Source: Gemmatimonadales bacterium (lineage in GTDB: Bacteria > Gemmatimonadota > Gemmatimonadetes > Gemmatimonadales > GWC2-71-9). From it: DNA of 64,000 bases. The stretch is taken from positions 13,423 to 77,422 of the forward strand of contig JANRIU010000064.1 of NCBI GenBank assembly GCA_033764615.1, in the 5' to 3' direction. The position numbers were made by a program, and so were the translations under genes. Shown piece after piece: positions 57,201-64,000 of this stretch. The stretch's first letter is position 1. The number at the start of each line of letters is the position of its first letter. The notes beneath the pieces are model-generated. The model was not told the origin of the DNA. It was given only the letters and a program-made list of their open reading frames with translations, and did no database searches.

Positions 57201-59893
57201 GTGGCATCCGGCAGCTGTTCTGGCAGGCCCACCACACGTCGCCGGGCATCAACTGGCTCGACAACATCAGCGGTACCTGTTCGACGGTGGGGGCACCCGC
57301 TTCCGTCGCGATCAGTGCCGGCAACAACCAGTCGGCGGCAACCAGCGCGCCCGTGCCCATCGCACCGAGCGTCATCGTCCGTGACGCCAACAATGAACCG
57401 GTCCCGGATGTCGTCGTCACCTTCGCGGTCACGGGCGGGGGCGGCAGCCTCGGCGCGACGCGCGTGGTCACCGCGGCGAACGGCGTGGCCTCCGCCGGAT
57501 CGTGGACGCTGGGCCCCATCGCCGGCAGCAACACCGTGACCGCCTCGGTGCTCGGTGCGGGCATCGCCGGGTCGCCGGTCGTCTTCACCGCGAGCGCGTC
57601 GGCGCAGCCCACGCTCGCCCTCAGCCGCGGCAGCATTTCCGCGTCCGCTGCCGCCGGCGGCGCCAATCCGGCTCCGCAGACGCTCACGGTCTCGAACGCG
57701 GGCATCGGCACCCTGGCCACGCCGACCATCGGCACGATCACCTTCGGTGCCGGCCAGCCCGTCGGCTGGCTCGCCTGCTCCGTCACCGGAACGGCCGCGC
57801 CGTTCACCGTCTCCTGCCAGGCCACGACCGGCACCCTGCCCGTCGGCACCTACACCGCCACCGTCCCGGTGGCGTCGGCTGGTGCCACGAACACGCCCCA
57901 GAACGTGAACGTCACCTTCGCGGTGACCGCCACGCCCCAGCCGACGATCGCCCTGAGCCGCTCGTCCTTGGCGAGCTCCGCCGTCGTCGGCGGCGCCAAT
58001 CCCGCCGCCGAGACCGTCACCGTCACCAACAGCGGCGGCGGCGTGCTCGCCGTACCGACGATCGGCACGATCGCGTATGGCGCGAGCCAGCCCACCGGCT
58101 GGCTCGCCTGCACGGTCTCCGGGACCGCAGCGCCGTTCACCGTCTCGTGCCAGGCCACCACCGGGAGCCTCGCGGCCGGCTCATACACCGCCACCGTCCC
58201 GATCGCCTCGGCCGGCGCCACGAACACGCCGCAGTCCATCACGGCGACCTTCTCGATCGCCGGCGCTTCCCAGCCGACGCTGGCGCTGAGCCGCACGGGC
58301 ATCACCCCGACCGCGGTCGTCGGCGGTGCCAATCCCGCCGCCGAGACCGTCACGGTCACCAACAGCGGCGCCGGGGTGCTCGCCCTGCCGACGATCGGCA
58401 CGATCTCCTATGGCGCGGGCCAGCCCACGGGCTGGCTCGCCTGCAGTGTCTCCGGGAGCGCGGTGCCGTTCACCGTCTCGTGCCAGGCCACGACGGGAAG
58501 CCTCGCGGTCGGCACGTACACCGCCACGGTCCCTATCGCCTCGGCCGGCGCGACGAACACGCCGCAGAACGTCAGCGTCAGCTTCGCGGTGTCGGCACCG
58601 CCGGCGATCACCCTGGGCCCGGCCAGCGTTGCCCTGGCCGCGGTCGCCGGCGGCGCCAACCCCGCCGCCGAGACCGTCACCGTCACCAACGGCGGCGGCG
58701 GCGCCCTCGCCGTGCCGACCGTCGGCACGATCACCTACGGCGCGAGCCAGCCCACCGACTGGCTCGCCTGCACCGTCTCCGGGACGGCCGCACCGTTCAC
58801 CGTCTCATGCCAGGCCACCACCGGCAGCCTCACGGCCGGCACCTACACCGCGACGGTCCCCATCGCATCGGCGGGCGCAAGCAACTCGCCGCAGTCCATC
58901 GCGGCGACGTTCACGGTCACCGCCTCCCCGCAGCCGACGCTGGCCCTGAGCCGCACGAGCTTCGCGACGACCGCCACCACCGGCGGCGCCAACCCCGCCG
59001 CCGAGACGGTCACGGTGACCAACAGCGGCAGCGGCGCGCTCGCCGTGCCGACCGTCGGCACGATCACCTACGGCACCGGCCAGCCCACCGGCTGGCTCGC
59101 CTGCACGGTCGCCGGGACCGCAGCGCCGTTCACCGTCTCGTGCCAGGCCACCACCGGCAGTCTCGCCGCCGGCACCTACACCGCGACGGTCCCCATCGCA
59201 TCGGCGGGCGCAAGCAACACGCCGCAGTCCATCGCGGCGACGTTCTCCGTGACGGTGCCCGCGGCGGTCCTCCTCGCATCGCCGACGATCGCCGACCTGG
59301 CCGGGCTGGTCGGCCGGGCACCGACGTCGACGACCCGCGTGTCGCTCACCGTCCCGCCAGGCGCCGCCACGGCCGGCGGCCTCGCGTGCGGCACGATCAC
59401 GTACGCCGCGGGCCAGCCCAACGGGTGGCTCGCCTGCAGCCTCGCGACCGCCATCACGCCGGCCCAGCTCACGCTGACGGGCACCCTCGGCTCGCTCGCC
59501 GCCGGCCAGTACCGGGCCACCGTGCGGCTGACCTCGACGACGGCCGGCGTCACGCCGCTCGACCTGCCGGTCCGCTTCTCGGTACAGCCGCCCGCCGACC
59601 TGCTCCGCGGTCTCAGCGATCCGCAGCGGCTGAGCCAGCAGCACCGCCTGCAGCTCGACTCCCTCGGCAACCTCAACGGCCGCTACGACCTGGGCGACCT
59701 CGTCGCCCTGCTCCGCCGCTCCGGCCTCGCCTCCACGGCGAGCCTCGAGGGCGTGGTGACGGCACTGCGCGAGCCCGCGGGCGAGGCCGGCCCACCGCCC
59801 GCGACCGACGGGTCGACCGACCAGCCCGCCGCGCCCGCGCCGCCGGCGCGCCGCGATACCCACAATGCCAAGCGTGAGGAGAGCCCCCAATGA
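54290..59893 (+). CDS. Large secreted surface protein: 7 RCC1 repeats, Ig/BACON-like repeats, C-terminal dockerin-like motif
   Basis: GTGA coupling to the caspase; signal peptide; 7x CWGxNxxGQLGDG; Big_1-like module; six ~110-aa repeats plus one degenerate; LDSLGNLNGRYDLGDLVALLR. Confidence 0.88.
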   Translation: MRWRVMAVVAALMCGAAGSEGAAQMLRIATGGEHSCAISSDGLTYCAGSNSFGQLGDGTTTSRSTPVAVAAPAGVTFVHVATGASHSCGVTAAGEAYCWGRNEFGQLGDGTTTDRTSPVAVATGVRFTQVSGGGRHSCGMTAAGAAYCWGSNAFRALGDGTQTQRLTPAPVAAPAAVPAGVTYAQVVTGSDHSCGRTTAGAAYCWGFNANGQLGDGTTSIAATPVRVLAPVGVTFTQLAAGSAHNCGLTAAGGALCWGFNGTSQLGDGTTTQRLTPVTVAPPATVPAGVIFTQLSAGQGHSCGVTAAATYCWGWNLSGQLGDGGTTERGTPVAVVAPVGVLFQQVAAGSAHSCAATASGVSYCWGLNGTGQLGDGTTTQRNTPVRVSTPSLIVIGLGSGGSGTITSSPTGLNCTITNGIAAATGCSASFAPGTSVTLSSSVAGGNRLQWWANSPTVTAGAGGISGSTGPELSGCATTTCTVTVNATRTVGVGFYGVPQTSLNETFDDGNVTAGPSWSPFLPDGGTTTHSVVAGAYRNARSGAGGAGRSALLGLATSIPVTAATQLVLDVQLVSTSLNGGGLFGSEYPANAVVTVRNADNSETRIIYAFTASGGTPPAATASQVWVLTSIPAGTWQQGRTYTLRAAAPNAVEITRIELGGVGWDFVGLYDNVRIQEPPAIRLSRSAISASAIAGGANPAAETVTVTNDGGLTLAVPTIGTITYGASQPTGWLACAVSGTAVPFTVSCQATTGTLAAGTYTATVPVASAGASNTPRNLAVTFTVLPVLNACALNADFSSALPPAYVVFARGRDNQLDPASGIFNQRLQVAGTDDDAIVGAGVSVQTPGAQTLTLSYDAFTPLAPSGSGQNLFMLESARTWLFAQGYSSPPGWNWYINRYDGAGTTPATAVTAALGTETARIGQATFDDQTTGQQYRVTVTLTNGQARWLVRRPPPGLEVVSERVDALSGFTLGGIRQLFWQAHHTSPGINWLDNISGTCSTVGAPASVAISAGNNQSAATSAPVPIAPSVIVRDANNEPVPDVVVTFAVTGGGGSLGATRVVTAANGVASAGSWTLGPIAGSNTVTASVLGAGIAGSPVVFTASASAQPTLALSRGSISASAAAGGANPAPQTLTVSNAGIGTLATPTIGTITFGAGQPVGWLACSVTGTAAPFTVSCQATTGTLPVGTYTATVPVASAGATNTPQNVNVTFAVTATPQPTIALSRSSLASSAVVGGANPAAETVTVTNSGGGVLAVPTIGTIAYGASQPTGWLACTVSGTAAPFTVSCQATTGSLAAGSYTATVPIASAGATNTPQSITATFSIAGASQPTLALSRTGITPTAVVGGANPAAETVTVTNSGAGVLALPTIGTISYGAGQPTGWLACSVSGSAVPFTVSCQATTGSLAVGTYTATVPIASAGATNTPQNVSVSFAVSAPPAITLGPASVALAAVAGGANPAAETVTVTNGGGGALAVPTVGTITYGASQPTDWLACTVSGTAAPFTVSCQATTGSLTAGTYTATVPIASAGASNSPQSIAATFTVTASPQPTLALSRTSFATTATTGGANPAAETVTVTNSGSGALAVPTVGTITYGTGQPTGWLACTVAGTAAPFTVSCQATTGSLAAGTYTATVPIASAGASNTPQSIAATFSVTVPAAVLLASPTIADLAGLVGRAPTSTTRVSLTVPPGAATAGGLACGTITYAAGQPNGWLACSLATAITPAQLTLTGTLGSLAAGQYRATVRLTSTTAGVTPLDLPVRFSVQPPADLLRGLSDPQRLSQQHRLQLDSLGNLNGRYDLGDLVALLRRSGLASTASLEGVVTALREPAGEAGPPPATDGSTDQPAAPAPPARRDTHNAKREESPQ
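54370..55450 (+). repeat. Seven RCC1/BLIP-II repeats (one beta-propeller)
   Basis: Seven HSC...YCWG...GQLGDGT units counted in the translation. Confidence 0.9.
57605..59585 (+). repeat. Tandem ~330-bp BACON/Ig-like coding repeats
   Basis: GGANPAAETVTVTN...QPTGWLAC...FTVSCQATTG...YTATVP x5 plus a degenerate copy; one further copy at about 56320-56636. Confidence 0.9.
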
Positions 59894-60330
59894 CCCGCCT
59901 GCCGCGCCGCCCGTTGCTGCTCGCCGTGCTGCTGCTCGCGTCGTGCGAGCCGACGGCGACGCTCGACACGGGCCGCATCGCCACCGACCGGTTCACCCTG
60001 TCGCTCGGCACGCCCAACACGGGTGATGGTGGTGTCCGCCTGCGGATCACCTCGTCACTCCCCACCGTCGCCCCCACCGACGTCACGCCGTCCTCCCAGG
60101 ATGCCGTGGCGTTCATCGAGTCCGTGCAGGCCGGCGAGGTGCGCGTCGCGGTCATCGGCCGCCTCACGAGCGGTACGATCGCGACGCTGCGCTTCAGCTC
60201 CCGGATCGATCCGGCGATCGCGTTCACCGCCACGGTGGAGGAGGCCGCCTCCGGCGCCGACTTCGCGCTCCGCTCCTCGCTCAGCGGGTACAGCGCCACG
60301 GTGACCGCGGCCGCGCCGAGCGGGAATTGA
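59890..60330 (+). CDS. Lipoprotein, all-beta (possibly cohesin-like)
   Basis: ATGA coupling; LLLASC lipobox; beta-strand pattern TLSLGTPNTGDGGVRLRI...VRVAVIG...IATLRF. Confidence 0.75.
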   Translation: MTRLPRRPLLLAVLLLASCEPTATLDTGRIATDRFTLSLGTPNTGDGGVRLRITSSLPTVAPTDVTPSSQDAVAFIESVQAGEVRVAVIGRLTSGTIATLRFSSRIDPAIAFTATVEEAASGADFALRSSLSGYSATVTAAAPSGN

Positions 60331-60474
60331 TGACACTGCCGTGTCACCTCGTGGTGGTCGACTCGACCGCGGTTGCGGGCGCGCTCCCGGACGAAGCCGA
60401 GCGCGCCTTGCTTCCGAGGGAGCCGGCGGACGCGATGGCGACACCCTGCTGATCCTGCACGCCCACTCCCGCTA

Positions 60475-61047
60475 ATGCCTCATCGCGAGCCTTCCCGTCC
60501 CCTCGCCATCATCCTCCGCGAGCTTGCCGCGCTCCTTGACTGCGCCCCCCGCCCCGCCATCATCGTGGGACGATCCGGTGAGGTGCTCCATCGGTCGACG
60601 CTATGGGGCGGCACGCCTGTGACGGACTGGTCGCAGCTCGAGGAGCACGCCGTCCGCCTCGCCCACCTCGCGATGAGCGAGCCCGACGGCGCGCCGGTGG
60701 AGCATCGCGCGGTCATCGAGGGCGCGCACGTGCAGTTGCGCGCGTGCGTGGTCGCCACGAGCGCCGCGGGCGGGCCGCTGGCGGTGGTGGAAGTCGAGCC
60801 AGTGCCGGCGGCGGCCTCATCGGGGGCGCACGGGGCGCCCGCGGTGCTGGAAGGACTGTCACGCCGCGAGGTGCAGGTCGCGATGCTGCTCGTTGACGGC
60901 CTGACGAACCGGGAGATCGCGGAGCGCATCGACCTCTCGGTGCACACGGTCCGGCGACACGTGGAGCGGATCCTGTCGAAGCTGCAGGTGCGCACGCGCG
61001 CCGCGGCGGTGGGGCGCATCATCGGGGGGGGCGGGCACGTGGCCTGA
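60475..61047 (+). CDS. LuxR-type HTH regulator with PAS-like N-terminus
   Basis: LSRREVQVAMLLVDGLTNREIAERIDLSVHTVRRH. Confidence 0.85.
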   Translation: MPHREPSRPLAIILRELAALLDCAPRPAIIVGRSGEVLHRSTLWGGTPVTDWSQLEEHAVRLAHLAMSEPDGAPVEHRAVIEGAHVQLRACVVATSAAGGPLAVVEVEPVPAAASSGAHGAPAVLEGLSRREVQVAMLLVDGLTNREIAERIDLSVHTVRRHVERILSKLQVRTRAAAVGRIIGGGGHVA

Positions 61048-61061
61048 TGCGCGAGCCGCCG

Positions 61062-62360
61062 CTACATGGCGGCGGCACCGGGCTCACCCAGTGGCGCGGG
61101 CGGAGGCGCGGCCGGTGTGTCGGCCGCCTTCCCCTCCTCGCTGACGCTCTCCTTCCCCGCACCGTCCTCCTTCTCGGCGGCGGCGTCGTCATCGCTCTCG
61201 GCGATCGCGTCCAGCGAGATGCGCGTCGCGCGCATCGCCATCTTCTCGGTGAGGAACACGCGGAGGTCGAGCTCGCCCGCCGGGCTGCGGCGCAGCACGC
61301 CGAGGCTCACCCGGTCGAGCGACGGCTTCTCGCCGCCACCATCCAGCGGCGCCTGCTGCACCGCGCCGCCGTACGCCTTGGCGACGTCACGCACGCCCCG
61401 GAGGAGACGCGACGCCGGCCCCTTCGGCAGCTGCTCCGGCCCCGCCAGCAGGGCGGGCACGCCGCGCACGACCGTGCCGTCGGCGAGAAGCGCGCTGTCG
61501 GTGGTCACCCAGAGGAGCGCCGTCGGGAGGCGCTTGGCAAAGGCGCGCTTGGGGAGCGCTGACGGGAGCGACTCCACCGACATCGCCGCGACGCCGTCGA
61601 AGCCGAAGGCGAGCCGGCCGAGCAGCACGGCGTTGGCGGTCGAGTCGGCCTCCGCGCTGATCCACCAGGGTTGGCCGGCGACGACGCCCTCCTTGACCCG
61701 GCTCTTCTCGGCGAGGCGGATGAGGCGCGACGCGACGGCGCGCGTCCGGAAGAAGTAGGTGACGGTATCGGCCTCCATCTCGAGTGTCACCTGCCACGTC
61801 CCCGTGAACTCGGCGGGTCGCTCGCGCAGCTCGGCGAAGAGCACGGCGCGCTGTGCGCGCTCGGCATCGAGCCCGAGGGCCGCGGCCGCGGCGATCCGCT
61901 CGCGGCGCTCGGGCGGCGCATCGGCGGGCAGGGCCGCGGCGATCCGGCGCACGCGCTCGCGCTACTTGGCGTCGAGGCCGGCGGCGATGAGGGCGGCATC
62001 ATCGATGCGGCCACTCAGCGCGGCGAAGCTGATGCGCTGCACCTTGGCGGCGGTGGCGTTGTCGACGCCCGCCGCCTTGAGCGCGAGGACGTCCCAGCGG
62101 CCGGCCTGGGCGGCCTTCAGCACCACCATGCAGAGTCGAGGTCGATGACGGCTGTAGGCGCGCGCTGGTCCGGCATGGCGGGACGCAGAGGCGACAGGCG
62201 GGACGATTGCGCGGTGCGGAGTCATGAGGAGTCCGCCCGCCATGACGGGCCCGTCGTCGATGGAGAGCGGGGCTTCTCGCGGTTGAAGGCGCCCGAGAGC
62301 TCCGGATCTGCCGAGTGCCGCCAGCAGGGCGAGGGCGAGAGATGACGTGCGCGGCGCCGT
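61062..62360 (-). pseudogene. Probable degraded gene for an exported protein (in-frame TAG)
   Basis: ORFs 61962..62243 and 61062..61952 share a frame and are separated by TAG 61962-61964 (LDAK*RERVRR); signal-peptide-like SLALALLAALG upstream has no clear start codon. Confidence 0.5.
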
Positions 62361-62373
62361 CTTCGGTGCGAGA

Positions 62374-64000
62374 TCAGGGGAGCTGGAAGCGGCGAATGAG
62401 CGGGTTGTCGTAGCCGTCGCCGAGTAGGCCCCCGCTGCCGTCGCCCCAGCAGTACGCGGCCCCCGCCGCAGTCACACCGCAGCTACGCCAGCCGCCTGAC
62501 GCCACATGCGTGAACGTCACCCCCACCGGGGTCGCTACCGCCACCGGTGTCAGTCGCCGCGTCACCGTCCCATCACCGAGCTGCCCGAGTTCGTTTGCTC
62601 CCCAGCAGTAGGTCTCTGCCGCCGTCGTCCGGCCGCAGGTGAGGAGGCCGCCCGCCGCCAGCTCCGTGAACGTGACCCCCACCGGCGCCGACACGGCGAC
62701 TGGCACGCTGCGGGCGCTCCTCGTGCCGTTGCCGAGCTGGCCTTCGGAGTTGCTGCCCCAGCAATATGCCGGCCCTGCCGCCGTGATGCCGCAGGTGTGT
62801 TGTATGCCTGCCGTCAACTGCGTGATCATCACTCCGGGCGGCGCGGCCACCGCCACCGGGACGATGCGGCCGACAAACGACCCATCGCCAAGCTGGCCGA
62901 AGTCATTGCGGCCCCAGCAGTACGCCGTCCGCGTCACCGTCAGGCCGCAGGAATGCTCTGAGCCCATCGCCACCTGAGTGAACGTCACGCCTGCTGGCGC
63001 CGCCACAGCCACGGGCGTCAGGCGCTGCGTAGTCGTACCGTCGCCAAGCTGGCCGTTGCCGTTGAAACCCCAGCAGTACGCCGCCCCCTCCACCGTCACG
63101 CCGCAAGTGTGAAGCCCGTTGGGCCCAGTCGCCACCTGCGTGAACGCGACGCCTGCTGGCGCCGCCACCGCGACGGGCGTCAGTCGCTGCGTTGTCGTCC
63201 CATCTCCGATCTGTCCGGAAAGATTGCTTCCCCAGCAGTACGCCACCCCCGCTACCGTCAGCCCGCAGCTGTGCGAGCCACCCGTCGTCACCTGCGAGAG
63301 CGTCACCTCCGCGGGCGTCGCCACTGCCACCGGGGTGGTACGACGCACCGACGTCCCGTCTCCGACAAGGCCGCCTTCACCCCAGCAGTACGCCGACCCC
63401 GCAGGTGTGAGGCCGCAGGCAAGGGATGATCCCATCGCTACACGCATGAACGTCACGCCTGCCGGCACTGCCACGGCGACCGGGGTGCTGCGTTCCGTCG
63501 TGGTCCCGTCGCCGAGCCGCCCGAAGAGATTGCTTCCCCAACAGTAAGTCGCCGCGGTCGGCGTCATGCCGCAGGTGTGGGAGAGACCGGTCGCCAGCTG
63601 CGAGAACGTCACCCCGGCTGGCGATACCACCGCCACAGGAGTGGTTCGCTGAAGCGTCGTGCCGTCGCCGAGGACGCCGTCGGGATTCGCGCCCCAGCAG
63701 TACGCCGCCCCCGAACCCGTCACACCGCAGGAATGGGCCTTGCCCGTGACTACCTGAGCGAATGACACCGCCGCCGGCGCCACCACAGCGACAGGCGTCC
63801 GGCGCCTCGTAGCGCTCGTCCCGTCGCCGAGCTGCCCGTTGCCGTTGGCGCCCCAGCAGTAGACCACCCCCGCAGCCGTGACACCGCAGGAATGGTCCTG
63901 CCCTGCGGCCACCTGCGAGAACCTGACCCCACCCGGCGCGGCCACCCCCACGGGTGTCAGCCGCCGCGTCGCCGTCGTCCCATCGCCAAGCTGGCCGTTG
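62374..64000 (-). CDS. RCC1-repeat protein, 5' end outside window
   Basis: Ten YCWG repeats plus part of an 11th; frame open to the window edge (NGQLGDGTTATRRLTPV). Confidence 0.9.
   Translation of the reverse strand, partial: NGQLGDGTTATRRLTPVGVAAPGGVRFSQVAAGQDHSCGVTAAGVVYCWGANGNGQLGDGTSATRRRTPVAVVAPAAVSFAQVVTGKAHSCGVTGSGAAYCWGANPDGVLGDGTTLQRTTPVAVVSPAGVTFSQLATGLSHTCGMTPTAATYCWGSNLFGRLGDGTTTERSTPVAVAVPAGVTFMRVAMGSSLACGLTPAGSAYCWGEGGLVGDGTSVRRTTPVAVATPAEVTLSQVTTGGSHSCGLTVAGVAYCWGSNLSGQIGDGTTTQRLTPVAVAAPAGVAFTQVATGPNGLHTCGVTVEGAAYCWGFNGNGQLGDGTTTQRLTPVAVAAPAGVTFTQVAMGSEHSCGLTVTRTAYCWGRNDFGQLGDGSFVGRIVPVAVAAPPGVMITQLTAGIQHTCGITAAGPAYCWGSNSEGQLGNGTRSARSVPVAVSAPVGVTFTELAAGGLLTCGRTTAAETYCWGANELGQLGDGTVTRRLTPVAVATPVGVTFTHVASGGWRSCGVTAAGAAYCWGDGSGGLLGDGYDNPLIRRFQLP

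Noticed and set aside
61962-61964. Genome-wide TAG recoding or pyrrolysine
   Set aside because: TAG ends several clear genes here (Rne/Rng, mgtE, rlmN, vapC), and no pyl genes are visible.
54370-64000. Diversity-generating retroelement acting on the RCC1 repeats
   Set aside because: No reverse transcriptase in the window, and I could not see a TR/VR pair with adenine-specific differences.

Overview
Very GC-rich bacterial chromosomal segment; gene content and protein style suggest Gemmatimonadota (inference). It has three parts. (1) 2.2-8.1 kb: a peptide-export locus with a PpiC-like protein, a peptidase-containing ABC transporter carrying two intact cyclic-nucleotide-binding domains and an intact C39 triad, and an HlyD adaptor. 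A divergent 67-aa double-glycine (VKGG) precursor-like ORF sits beside it but is not called separately by the ORF track. (2) 8.2-47.9 kb: mostly core genes, namely tRNA-Leu(CAA), ppa, nfeD-floA, an ECF sigma/anti-sigma pair, amidohydrolases, TerC, rplU-rpmA, Rne/Rng, a short RecQ, a B12-dependent acyl-CoA mutase/carboxyltransferase cluster with embedded TPPII-like S8 protease and eRF1-like genes, mgtE-CNNM-ybeY-phoH-aspS and rlmN. (3) 48-64 kb: an accessory region with LuxR-type regulators, vapBC, and a divergent module pairing Ser/Thr kinase-DUF4384-barrel genes with a secreted caspase, a 1867-aa RCC1/Ig-repeat surface protein ending in a dockerin-like motif, and a possibly cohesin-like lipoprotein. 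It ends with a probable pseudogene and a second, inverted RCC1-repeat gene. Two patterns recur across the window: GGCGGACG octamer tandem/inverted repeats that invade gene ends, and -10 boxes 6 nt before start codons, suggesting leaderless mRNAs. All family calls come from motif recognition by eye; no searches were run.
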